Assembly: GCA_965222115.1 (NCBI GenBank)
Contig: CBDCTJ010000007.1
Span: 480,001-544,000, forward strand
Length of the DNA: 64,000 bases
Reading direction: 5' to 3'
Source of the DNA: Planctomycetota bacterium
Lineage (GTDB): Bacteria; Planctomycetota; PLA2; JAEUHO01
Made by a program: the position numbers and the translations under genes. The notes beneath the pieces were generated by a model. The model did not search any database. It was not told where the DNA came from and saw only the letters and a program-made list of their open reading frames with translations. Positions 50,101 through 58,232 of this stretch are shown here, one piece after another. The first letter of the stretch is position 1. Each line of letters starts with the position of its first letter.

Positions 50101-52371
50101 AAAGAGGCCGCGCCAGCGCACTTGTTGGCCGGGTCGATACACCGGTCGATCCGCATACACGTACGCTTTGCTATGAAAGCCGGCTTGCACCTGCTTACCT
50201 GGCTCAATCTCGGTGGACGCGGCGCCTGCATCGGAAAGCACTAAGACATTGCCGGCGTGAGTTCCCTTGTTGCCCTGCCAAATACCATCCTTTCCTGTTA
50301 CGCCGACTTCCTTGCGGTCGGTTGCCAAGACGCGGGCACCGGCCACAGGCTTCTTGGTGGTCCGGTCAAAAGCCCACACGAACAGTTGGCGGCCTGGGGA
50401 CTGCTTTACAACGCAAGCGATATCACTAATGAGCACAAGCGTGGTACTTGTGAGATCGTCGTCACCGGCAACGACCACAAACGCGCCGGGGCCTTCAATC
50501 GGAAGCGGGCGATCGGCTTCAATCTTGTGAAAGTCTTTGTAGTCCCCCAGTTCCCATGTGCTTTCAAAGTCAGGCTTGACGATTTCAAGTTGCAAGCCTT
50601 CAACGCCCTTGAGCGTGCCCTTCTTTTGGAAGTACGCCTCGAGCCCCAGGCGATAGACACGCACCTTGAGGGACTTAATATTGCGCGTGGTGACGCGCAC
50701 GGTGGCGGGATCCTTGGTGCCCAGCACGCGTTCGGCATGGACCTCCAAGTGCTTTTCTTTGAGCTCACTCAGGCGACCGCCTGCTTCTGCTGCTTGCGGG
50801 GTTCCCGCGAAGTCCTTTTTGACGCGTTCGTAGCCTTCCATGGCCTTTTCGAGATCCACGGGGTCATGATCTTGCCAAAGTTTGGCCAACAGGAGTGCCG
50901 CAGCAGGACCGGATGGCGTTTTCGCATAGCGGCCCGCCACCTCGCGCAACAAACCGCGCGCTTCATCAAGCTTCCCCGAGTCAATCAATAATGCCTGCGC
51001 AGCATACGAAAGTGCGATGGGCGCGCGTGCATCGTCTTGCTGCTCGGCGGCAAAGGTGCGCCACGCGGCGATGGCGCCGTCGATGTCGTCCTGCGCTTTA
51101 AGTGATTCCCCCTTTTGAAAACTCGCCGTCACAATCTTGCCGCGCACTTCCGACCAACGGTCGTGCGACGGGTTGTTGCGCAGAAAGTCGTTCCATGCAG
51201 ATATCGCGTCGTCGTGACGACCGGCGTTTAGCAAGGCATCGCCTGCGCGCACACGTGCGTCGCCCGCGTAGTCGTGCTTGGGGTAGCGCTCAGCAAAGGC
51301 GCGCCATTCGGCGGCGGCCTGCGCAGGCTTGGACCACTGCTCGTAGGCTTCGGCGAGGAATCGATGCGCATCGGCCGCTTCTTTGTGCTCACCGTGGGCG
51401 CGCAGGGCCTTACGCAAGTAGTCCACGCCTTCCTCAAAAGCGGAACTGCCATCCTTGACAGCGCGCGCCGCCGTGAATCGTTCTTTGGCAAGCAACACCA
51501 ACACGGGAAAGGGCGCGTCGCCGCCAGTGGCCTCTGCGAGTCGCAGCGCGACACGCAACGCTTGCCGTGCCGAGACCGACTGGTTGGTGTTCAAGTAGGC
51601 GTGACCCAGACCGGTGTAGGCCGCCAACAGATGCGCGCGCGTCTTGGGGTCGGTGGGCAGCTCCGTGAGTGCTTCACGCTCAAGCGGTTTTTTGATGTCA
51701 AGTTGTTCGAGTTGCGTGGTCCACAACACCACGGCATCGTTATGCAGTCCGGTTTCCTTCAGAATCGTACCGATGCGTTCGCGAATGCGCAGACCTTCGG
51801 CGTCGTCCACACCGATGGTGAGTGCCTGACGATAGCTCTGCAGTGCGCGCTGGAGGTTTTTCACCTTCTTTGTGCGACCCAAGTCGTCGGTGGTGTCTAT
51901 GCCGTCAAAGTCAAGATCGGCAAGCGCAACATGAAGTGCGGCGGTGGCGTGTCGTGCCTTACTCGACGTTGAATTGTCGGCCAACTCACGCAGGAGGTTG
52001 GACGCGTTCTTGGGACTGCCCGCCAGCCGATGGGCATGTACCGCCAAGTGCTGCACGCGGCCTTTCCATACGTCGTCGGCGTGGGCCTTGAGAAACGCCT
52101 CGGTGCCTTCTAACGCTGCCTTCCCTTTGCCGGCCGACAGCAAGGCTTGGATTTCTAGAACCCAAGCTTCTTTGGCTTCCTCGGTGCCGGGATGTGCGTT
52201 GCGAAACTTCTGAAGCGCGGCGACGGCGTCGTCCCACCGTTGATCGCGTAGGGGCTCTTGGGCTTCGCGGAACGCGGCGCGTCGATTGGGGTCGTCCCCG
52301 GCATCAGCGGTGAGGTGAAATACAGAAACGGCCAACATGGCGGCTGACAAAATGGCAATGGTTGGATTCAT
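44146..52371 (-). CDS. Giant bacterial alpha-2-macroglobulin with N- and C-terminal TPR arrays
   Basis: Signal peptide at MNPTIAIL; MG2 DRPVYRPGQ; EYRKPEF; LPDNLTSWR; PRFLTQGD; thioester PYGCLEQ; EDPLPSAFE. Confidence 0.93.
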   Translation of the reverse strand: MNPTIAILSAAMLAVSVFHLTADAGDDPNRRAAFREAQEPLRDQRWDDAVAALQKFRNAHPGTEEAKEAWVLEIQALLSAGKGKAALEGTEAFLKAHADDVWKGRVQHLAVHAHRLAGSPKNASNLLRELADNSTSSKARHATAALHVALADLDFDGIDTTDDLGRTKKVKNLQRALQSYRQALTIGVDDAEGLRIRERIGTILKETGLHNDAVVLWTTQLEQLDIKKPLEREALTELPTDPKTRAHLLAAYTGLGHAYLNTNQSVSARQALRVALRLAEATGGDAPFPVLVLLAKERFTAARAVKDGSSAFEEGVDYLRKALRAHGEHKEAADAHRFLAEAYEQWSKPAQAAAEWRAFAERYPKHDYAGDARVRAGDALLNAGRHDDAISAWNDFLRNNPSHDRWSEVRGKIVTASFQKGESLKAQDDIDGAIAAWRTFAAEQQDDARAPIALSYAAQALLIDSGKLDEARGLLREVAGRYAKTPSGPAAALLLAKLWQDHDPVDLEKAMEGYERVKKDFAGTPQAAEAGGRLSELKEKHLEVHAERVLGTKDPATVRVTTRNIKSLKVRVYRLGLEAYFQKKGTLKGVEGLQLEIVKPDFESTWELGDYKDFHKIEADRPLPIEGPGAFVVVAGDDDLTSTTLVLISDIACVVKQSPGRQLFVWAFDRTTKKPVAGARVLATDRKEVGVTGKDGIWQGNKGTHAGNVLVLSDAGAASTEIEPGKQVQAGFHSKAYVYADRPVYRPGQQVRWRGLFMKANGGNYLPVGKHKGSVQILDARGDVALSARVKSTAFGTFQGTYALGTESPLGTYRVRLDVDHAGTWEGTFQVQEYRKPEFVIAVEPEQAVVRTGDDVKAKIALTYSFGGPVADAPVAYEVWRMPRTFTPSVAEDYSWYFKDERRKKEARIKTAGRERVARGRVTTDEAGEAEIVFPTQERDEDAEYVVRAMAQDITRRWVMDEGRIPVTQRDYMALVKTDRKVIRPKQDFNATVRTVDALERAVARSGELVLLRLRQVRTPLNPKQRGKRVPTVVRDEEIEEARHPLAVGESGEAEMKLSLEKPGRWRLRWRGKDARDRLVTAYVDIEVSGEEEDPAKDARLVAAKTLYREGEAAGLMIRSPMTEGVALLTYEGEKVLDYMLVPLTGTSTMVEAPLKGHHAPNVFFKVAIPVATPGDEKLLEADTEVVVLRHLDIDVSIAPKTAKPGDEVEIAVVTRDAQGKPVTAEVGLSLIDEAVFAIAPDTSPSIRPYFYDRRRTLGVMTASSMGTRFYGTTRETSKDLLAEAAARSDDGNAAIAMALLADAREALREGNTVLAVKNAVDAIEKNPQSWDARVLMRELARNQAAQAALQQYAADKAPAPPMTAAMPAAKSAPPGAIGIAGGSGGARFETRRSAARPAASMAEEVESDNNLDFEDSFGESEGLDDAPFDGADSKGMRRGREGRKSKKRGRSRREVLKSQSANLVGRQAELLERHQRALVLSGTQGNFDRRWKSILLDLQDEPGMESMEVRRHFEDSAYWNPALETGDDGKATVRVKLPDNLTSWRADVRGVSAKALVGSGKASCRARRDLLVRMDTPRFLTQGDEITVPTAVHNNSGAEVDAKVEIKAEGVTLSGNDETLKIGARGRGVSDRDVSATEPGRVKLTAKVSAGGASDAVEVSLSTKARGIPLTIDGRSGFLDSSKSDSAETFLDVPENLVPGTLRLQVLLAPQLHDAIRDALLVLETFPYGCLEQNVHRFLPLIEAQRALSASGSPAADVRKSVLAAAERGARQIRNFQHKDGSFGWFAGGNGNVAMTAYALRGLVGARKAGVKGLDRAIDKATQALRKMVVGGPEDDRALGHLALAEVRRRNAEAFAASFRNRNEALSTTGLAWLCLAAHEEGRGFEADELARLLIERVQQKDDVSWWTARKDDCFTGSDFEATAWAVTALVRTKKASLHVERAMNWMRLGRMQRRGLHTKDMSAFVHAACAWLEGGRAQRFGGTIDVLLDGNVVKSIETGDRILDPSDRRFRIGEANSLSAGRHRLGFKIKGQGELCYAVRLSAVQKSDDLPGDTHGFTLSRSYLRKEEAADPGSPPKQKPGYSVLRPAARPTIEAKDVTEVVDSDKLLVRLTIKTSRTLRYVLVEDPLPSAFEVLEDTTSGPFDWQERRDDRQVFFLSKVPEGTTTIDYVIQATHWGRSTALGTHAYAMYRPEFNARAAGTGLLVKKESNDPTTDVEAEATPDERWARAQKLVEEKRYKEARETLTSLKQLPLRDEIVEAAESHLLRCAIEMKDAKEIVRAREELVRRNTGLIPNELDDQRAIAFAYHELGEFDPARPLMEALVYRAFGHETQWAQTLTARGEELKGLTALNSRQRAYPLAGPVVQAMLARAQRMEALQRPEDSAFGSKGKPMDHESIEALRDLAAHASDEKLFGSRGVTAPINYLLVPAHRRVGELDTAANEAEAFLRRFPDSRFVDDAYYFLSDVRYREFELAPDDKAKAASVEAAAKPLVERRFKDNRGRDVWSPFRTRAYHYLARVRHIQGRVDEALALYKKAKGVEDAAEAVAFLTRTSLSMDSRHVHALNQPLTFALNHRGVESVSIQAYPVDLQVLFAIRKTLDGLHRIDLSGLVPAHAWEHKTGGKDHTTSTVTIPTKEKGPGVWLVIAKSGKLETSGLVSRTDLAVELQRIGDKKIRVYVTDAKGRGVRGAYVAASDGVAIRTRGRTDGRGILEATGALKKAFVVVSLDDRYATASDPKE

Positions 52372-52573
52372 AGGTCGCCCTCGTAGTAGGGAAAAAAGAG
52401 GCACGGCGTGCCGTGGAAGGAAACGCTGCCGGTGGATCAAGGGCAAGGGCAAGAAATCGACCCTCCCCAATGGCACAACGTCTACCCAAATCATCCCATA
52501 GAGGCTGGGGCGGTGGCGAGTCAAGCCTCGCTGCTCCGCCCCGCGCCTCACGTACAGACGCCGTGCATCCCAC

Positions 52574-54256
52574 TTGGACACCAAGACGCTGCGATGGTTC
52601 CATGCGTTCGTGACTTCTCGTGCCCACATACCGCGTCGACTGATTCACGTGCTGGTGGCCGCGCTGGCACTGCGCTGCGTCGCGCTTTCGGCGTGGTCAC
52701 TGAGCACGGCCGAGGGCGACATCTGGTGGCGCAGCACGCAAGGCTCGCTCGCTGAGATATGGGGTGGTCCCAATACGTATGCACCGTTGTGGCAGAGTTT
52801 CCTACGCGTGTGGACGGCGCTGATTGGTGATGGCGAGGCGGCGCTGCGCATGCCGTCGGCCATCGCGGGCGTGCTGGCGGTTTGGTTGACGTGGCGGTTG
52901 TGCTTGCGTCTTTTGCACGAGCAATACACGCCGGGGCACGGTGGCTTTGGACAGGATGTCGAACCTGAAGCGGCCGTTTCGATTGGATTGTGGACGGCAG
53001 GCCTCGTGGCATGCGCCGCGTTCACGACTGAGCGCGCGCAAGATGTGTTGCCGCACTCGACACTGCTGGCGTGTGCACTTGGACTGCACCTTTGCTATTT
53101 GCGTTGGATGGATACGCCGACTCGACGGCACGCCGTTACCTATGCAGCGCTGGCGTGTTGCGCGTTGTTGATTCATGAGGCGGTTGGCGTCGTCATCGTG
53201 GCGCATGCGATTCACGCGATGTTCTTGAAACGAAGCGCAGGACCTGGCCGATCGCGCAAGGCCTTTGTGCTAGCCGTTGTCATTTCGCTGGTGCCCTACG
53301 TGCTTTGGCTTGTTCTCGCAGACACCCCTGCCGTGCCCGTGCATGGCATTGTGCTGACTACGCTGCCCGCCGAACAGGCCCACACGTTGCTACAAATGGG
53401 CACCGGGCCGGGGCTGCTTGTTGTCGATGGCGAAAACGAAGCAAACGGGCTGATTTCGGTGCTGATGGCAGAGCCGCTTTCGCTCGTGCTTGTACTTGTT
53501 CTCTTTGGGATACCGCTAGCGCTGGGTATCGCCACCCTAAAGCAACTCCCGGGCGTCAATCGCTTTCTGATTGTGACCGTGTTGACGGTGTTGATCTTGA
53601 GCTTGGTGTCGAAGCGCCACGCCGATGGAATCGCGACATTGACGCCGCTCTTGTTGTTTCTCGCGGTGGTCGGGCCGTTTGCGTCACGGTCCATGTGGGT
53701 GCGCCGTGCGGGGTTGATCATGTTGGTGATTCTCACGGCCATCGGTATGGCGGCCTATCACGGCGCACCGTTGTCATCGATCTCCGAGGACGAAACGATC
53801 ACGATGGACGATGAACACTTCGCACCCGAGTATCGAAGTGCCCCGGGATCCGTCGTACGCGGCTTGCATCACGATCGTAGTTACGCCAAGACACCGTGGC
53901 GCGAAGTCCACAAACGCGTGGCCAAACTCATCAACGCGCAGCCGCACAATGATCTCGTCGTTCTTTCGCCGGCCTCAGCCATGGGTGTGTGGACCTACTA
54001 CGATCGCCCCAAACGAATCGTCTATACGCGCGATGCCGCGGAACCGCTGATAGACACGTGCCGCACGGCAGATCGGATTGCATTGATTGATCAGGGTGCC
54101 GAGGCGCCTTCGAAGGATGACAACGAACTCTGGCGGGCGCTCCTTCAACATCGGGCGTCGGGCGCCGTAGGCACCGTGCGCGCCATTGTGCGCATACCAT
54201 CAATTCGGTGGCGACGCGGCGCCGGCATTCATATTGGGATCATGAGCTTTCGCTAG
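52574..54256 (+). CDS. GT-C fold membrane glycosyltransferase (PMT/GT39-like)
   Basis: Multiple TMs; SLSTAE loop; APLW; GEAALRMPSAIAG; start uncertain. Confidence 0.7.
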   Translation: MDTKTLRWFHAFVTSRAHIPRRLIHVLVAALALRCVALSAWSLSTAEGDIWWRSTQGSLAEIWGGPNTYAPLWQSFLRVWTALIGDGEAALRMPSAIAGVLAVWLTWRLCLRLLHEQYTPGHGGFGQDVEPEAAVSIGLWTAGLVACAAFTTERAQDVLPHSTLLACALGLHLCYLRWMDTPTRRHAVTYAALACCALLIHEAVGVVIVAHAIHAMFLKRSAGPGRSRKAFVLAVVISLVPYVLWLVLADTPAVPVHGIVLTTLPAEQAHTLLQMGTGPGLLVVDGENEANGLISVLMAEPLSLVLVLVLFGIPLALGIATLKQLPGVNRFLIVTVLTVLILSLVSKRHADGIATLTPLLLFLAVVGPFASRSMWVRRAGLIMLVILTAIGMAAYHGAPLSSISEDETITMDDEHFAPEYRSAPGSVVRGLHHDRSYAKTPWREVHKRVAKLINAQPHNDLVVLSPASAMGVWTYYDRPKRIVYTRDAAEPLIDTCRTADRIALIDQGAEAPSKDDNELWRALLQHRASGAVGTVRAIVRIPSIRWRRGAGIHIGIMSFR

Positions 54257-54271
54257 TCGCGCTATTGTGTA

Positions 54272-55453
54272 ATGGACAAGGAGGCGTCCGTGGCAAAGTC
54301 GAAATCAACACGTAGGGCGCGTAAGACTCGTATCGCCATTCTCACCGGCGGAGGCGATTGCCCGGGGCTCAATGCCGTCATTCGTGCCGTGGTGAAGACG
54401 TCGCAGAATGTCTATGGCTGGGAGGTCTTTGGCGTTCGAAACGGTTTCGAGGGCTTTACAGAACCGCGCGATCAAGGCGTTCAGCTCATCACCCGCGGGG
54501 AGATCGCGGGCATCTTGCCGCGGGGCGGCACGATTCTGGGCGCCAACAATCGATTCAATATCTTTGCGGTGCCGCGCGAGAAAGGCGATCCGCACGATTT
54601 ATCCACGCGCGTGTTGTCAGTAGTCAAACGCAAACGCATTCGCGCAGTCGTTACGGTGGGTGGTGACGGCACACAGACCATCGCCACGCGACTATCGGAC
54701 ATGGGCGTGCCGGTGGTGGGCGTTCCCAAGACGATCGACAACGACTTGCGCGGCACCGACCGCACGTTTGGTTTTGATTCCGCCGTGCGCGTGGTGGCGC
54801 AGGCCATTGATCGACTCTACACCACCGCGGCCAGTCATCATCGCGTGATGTGTGTGGAAGTCATGGGCCGCCATAGCGGCTGGATTGCTCTTCATGGTGG
54901 TCTTGCCGGCGGCGCCGAAGTCATCTTGATTCCTGAGATCCCCTACGATCCGGATGCGATTGCGCGCAAGATTGAAGGCCGCGTGAAACACGGACGTCGA
55001 TTTTCCGTAATCGTCATTTCCGAAGGGGCCACGCGCAAGGACGGCGCGTTGGTCTATCGACAAGGCAGCGAAGAAGATGGCACGCGGCTGGGCGGTGTGT
55101 CGTTTCAAGTGGCCGAAGAACTGCGCGCACGCACCAGCTTGGAGGTGCGCAACATCGTGCTAGGCCATACGCAACGCGGAGGCTCGCCAACGGCCTTTGA
55201 TCGCGTGTTGGCCACACGTATGGGCGAACACGCAGTTATCTTGATCGACAAAGAGCGCTACGGCCACATGGTGGCACTGCGCGGAACCAAAATGACCTCC
55301 GTACCGTTGGAACGCGCCACGCGCGCCATCAAACGGGTGCGTCCGAAGGGGCAGTTGGTTGCCTCCGCCCGTAGCCTGGGGATCTCGTTTGGCGCCGCGG
55401 ATGGCAGTGACGATTCGTATTTCGAGGCCCGACAGAATCACGGAGTTCCATGA
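54272..55453 (+). CDS. pfkA: 6-phosphofructokinase (group III type)
   Basis: TGGGDCPGLNAVIR, GGDGT, PKTIDND, EVMGR, LGHTQRGG. Confidence 0.96.
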   Translation: MDKEASVAKSKSTRRARKTRIAILTGGGDCPGLNAVIRAVVKTSQNVYGWEVFGVRNGFEGFTEPRDQGVQLITRGEIAGILPRGGTILGANNRFNIFAVPREKGDPHDLSTRVLSVVKRKRIRAVVTVGGDGTQTIATRLSDMGVPVVGVPKTIDNDLRGTDRTFGFDSAVRVVAQAIDRLYTTAASHHRVMCVEVMGRHSGWIALHGGLAGGAEVILIPEIPYDPDAIARKIEGRVKHGRRFSVIVISEGATRKDGALVYRQGSEEDGTRLGGVSFQVAEELRARTSLEVRNIVLGHTQRGGSPTAFDRVLATRMGEHAVILIDKERYGHMVALRGTKMTSVPLERATRAIKRVRPKGQLVASARSLGISFGAADGSDDSYFEARQNHGVP

Positions 55454-56298
55454 AGCGAATCGACCTCCACGCGCACACGACGCATTCAGACGGCACGTGT
55501 TCGCCGGAGGCGTTGGCCGACGAAGCCAAGCGCGTGGGACTTGCGGCGTTGGCCGTCACCGATCACGACACGACCACAGCTATAGAACCGGTTCGTCGTG
55601 CGGCGGCCGCCCACGGCATCGAAGTCTTCGACGGATGCGAAATCTCAACGCGCTTGCCTTCGGGCATTGTGCACGTGTTGGCCTATGGATTTGATCCAAC
55701 ACACGAACGCCTGCAAGCGTTCCTGGCCAAAGTGCGTGCGGCGCGAGACGCGCGTAACGTGATCATTCTCGAAAAACTCAATGGGCTCGGGCTCACACTC
55801 ACCATGGACGAGGTGCTCAAACACGTCGTGGGCACGGTGGTGGCGCGCCCGCACTTTGCCAAAGCGCTCGTTGAACGCGGTCATGCCGATTCCATATCGG
55901 AAGTCTTTGAACGCTGGCTGCATGATCGTGGACCGGCCTACGTCATTGCCGACATGCCCGATCCGGTGGATGCGATTTCCATGGTGCGTGCTGCCGGGGG
56001 TGTCACGGTGATTGCGCACCCCAAACAGATGCGGCTCGGCGGCCTCAACACCTATCGCTGCACCTTCGAACGCTTTCGCGATGCCGGGCTTAGCGGGATC
56101 GAAGTCGATCACCCCAGCCACGACGCCTCGCACCGGAAGAACTTTCGTCTAATTGCCGATACGCTGGATCTCGTGCCCACGGGCGGCAGCGACTTTCATG
56201 GCGACGCCAAGCCCCACATTCGATTGGGAGAAGGCGACGGTTCGATTGAAGTGTATTACGACACATGGCATGCGTTGATGGAGCGACGTCCCGCGTGA
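55450..56298 (+). CDS. PHP-domain metal-dependent phosphoesterase (TrpH/YciV-like)
   Basis: DLHAHTTHSDG, TDHD, RPHFA, AHP, GGSDFHG. Confidence 0.93.
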   Translation: MKRIDLHAHTTHSDGTCSPEALADEAKRVGLAALAVTDHDTTTAIEPVRRAAAAHGIEVFDGCEISTRLPSGIVHVLAYGFDPTHERLQAFLAKVRAARDARNVIILEKLNGLGLTLTMDEVLKHVVGTVVARPHFAKALVERGHADSISEVFERWLHDRGPAYVIADMPDPVDAISMVRAAGGVTVIAHPKQMRLGGLNTYRCTFERFRDAGLSGIEVDHPSHDASHRKNFRLIADTLDLVPTGGSDFHGDAKPHIRLGEGDGSIEVYYDTWHALMERRPA

Positions 56299-57149
56299 TG
56301 GGCGAGCGACCGCCGGCTTGGATGCGACTGCTCCCTCGGCGACTTGTGTCGCGCTTTCTTGGGGGCGTGGGCGCGGCCCCGGTGCCCGGCGCGTTGTTGC
56401 GCGCTGTGCTTCGCGCCTACTGCAAAGCGTATGGCGTCAACATGAGCGAAAGCAGGGCAGCGCTTTCGTCATTCCCTACGTTTCGTGCGTTCTTCTCACG
56501 TGAGCTCAACGCGGATGCGCGAATCATCGACAAGACGCCGGATGTGCTTGTCTCGCCGTGCGACGGGCGCGTTGCCCAGTGTGGGCGGATACGGGCCGGC
56601 ACATTGGTGCAGGCCAAAGGACTCGACTACACAACGGCTGCGCTGCTTCGTTCTCGCCCCTATGCTGAGTGCTTTGAGGGCGGCTCCTATCTTGTGATCT
56701 ACTTGGCGCCTGGGGATTACCACCGCTTTCATTGGCCGGTAGACGGCACGCTCAACTCGGTGTGGCATTTGCCGGGCGACTTATGGCCGGTGAACCCGAG
56801 CGCCGTGCGAACGGTGCGTCATCTCTTTGCTGTCAATGAACGCGTGGTGCTGGACCTAACCGCATCGAACAGCATGCGCGTGGCGATGGTGCCGGTGGGC
56901 GCCCTCAATGTAGGCAGTATTCATATTGACGGCGTGGTACTTCGCACCAACACAGGCGCCCCTGCATGGCCGCGCGTGGTGTTTCCCCGTTACGCGAACC
57001 AACAGCGACACGGACGGCGCGGCGACTTGATGGGATGGTTTGGTTTCGGCTCCTCCATTGTGCTCTTGACCGAATCGGCGAACGACAACATCGAGCAACT
57101 CACGCCGGGCGCCGTCTTGCGGATGGGCACTGCGTTTGGTGAAACATAG
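56298..57149 (+). CDS. psd: Phosphatidylserine decarboxylase proenzyme
   Basis: FFSREL, SPCDG, YLAPGDYHRFHWP, NERV, VGALNVGSI, cleavage motif FGSS; TGATG coupling to the PHP gene. Confidence 0.93.
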   Translation: MGERPPAWMRLLPRRLVSRFLGGVGAAPVPGALLRAVLRAYCKAYGVNMSESRAALSSFPTFRAFFSRELNADARIIDKTPDVLVSPCDGRVAQCGRIRAGTLVQAKGLDYTTAALLRSRPYAECFEGGSYLVIYLAPGDYHRFHWPVDGTLNSVWHLPGDLWPVNPSAVRTVRHLFAVNERVVLDLTASNSMRVAMVPVGALNVGSIHIDGVVLRTNTGAPAWPRVVFPRYANQQRHGRRGDLMGWFGFGSSIVLLTESANDNIEQLTPGAVLRMGTAFGET

Positions 57150-57218
57150 CGTTTCAAATCAAGGGCCTTTGATCCGCGTGGGTGCCCAACTACGAGGGCG
57201 TTACACTCCCTGCCGCCG

Positions 57219-58232
57219 TTGGGAGCCGTTTTGTCGTCGTCCGCGCCCGTCATCAGTGTTGTTGTGCCGCTGTTTCAAGAAGAAACGCGTTTGCACCGGT
57301 TGCTAGACGAACTCGGGTCACGGCTTGCCGAGATCGGCGAGCCGTACGAAATCGTGCTAATCGATGACGGCTCGAGCGACAAGACATGGGAGGTGGTGGA
57401 GGCAGCCGCCGCAAAGAACCCGGTAATTGTTGGACGTCGCCTCAGTCGAAACTTTGGCAAAGAAGCGGCCCTATGTGCGGGGCTCGAAGTCGCGCGCGGC
57501 GAAGCCACAATTGTGATGGACGGCGACCTGCAACACCCGCCCGCCCTGATCCCCGACATGGTCAAGCGTTGGCGCGACACCGACTGCGATGTGGTGGAAG
57601 CCGTCAAGACGGGTCACAAACGCGACGCCGCCGCGGGGCGTTTTTTCGGGCGCTTCTTCTATTGGTCCATGAAAAAGTTCTCGGGCATCGATCTCAAACA
57701 TGCGAGCGACTTCAAACTGATCACGCGCCGTGTGCTGGATGCCTGGTTGCGGCTCGGGGAACGCGGCCTGTTCTTCCGCGGCATGATTGCGTGGCTTGGG
57801 TTTCGCCGGGAACAAATCGAGTTTGAGGTGCCTGGGGAACACGCGCGCAAGTCACGTTGGTCCACGCGAAGATTGTTTGAGCTGGGCACGACCGGCATTA
57901 CGGCCTTCTCCTCGGCGCCTCTGCGTGCCGCAAGCCTCTTGGGTGTCGTCTTCTTCCTCTTCGCGGTCATTTTGGGCGCACACTCCCTGTGGATGAAGTT
58001 TAGCGGCAAAGCGGTTGAGGGCTTTACGACGGTTATCATCTTGCAACTCTTGATTGGCAGCATGATCGCCATGTTGTTGGGTGTGATTGGCGAGTACTTG
58101 GCGCGTATCTATGAAGAGGTCAAAGGCCGCCCGCGATTCTTGATCGCCGATGAAACGAACGCAGCATCTCGTAGCGCGACGACGGACGAATCATCAGCGG
58201 GCGAATCATCAGCGGACGATGCATCATCTTGA
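57219..58232 (+). CDS. GT2 polyprenyl-phosphate glycosyltransferase (GtrB/ArnC-like)
   Basis: IDDGSSD, SRNFGKEAA, MDGDLQHPP, two C-terminal TMs, GEYLARIYEEVKGRP. Confidence 0.93.
   Translation: MGAVLSSSAPVISVVVPLFQEETRLHRLLDELGSRLAEIGEPYEIVLIDDGSSDKTWEVVEAAAAKNPVIVGRRLSRNFGKEAALCAGLEVARGEATIVMDGDLQHPPALIPDMVKRWRDTDCDVVEAVKTGHKRDAAAGRFFGRFFYWSMKKFSGIDLKHASDFKLITRRVLDAWLRLGERGLFFRGMIAWLGFRREQIEFEVPGEHARKSRWSTRRLFELGTTGITAFSSAPLRAASLLGVVFFLFAVILGAHSLWMKFSGKAVEGFTTVIILQLLIGSMIAMLLGVIGEYLARIYEEVKGRPRFLIADETNAASRSATTDESSAGESSADDASS

Noticed and set aside
58187-58230. 15-bp tandem repeat encoding DESSAGESSADDASS
   Set aside because: Ordinary low-complexity tail of the GT2; only 2-3 units and no spacers.
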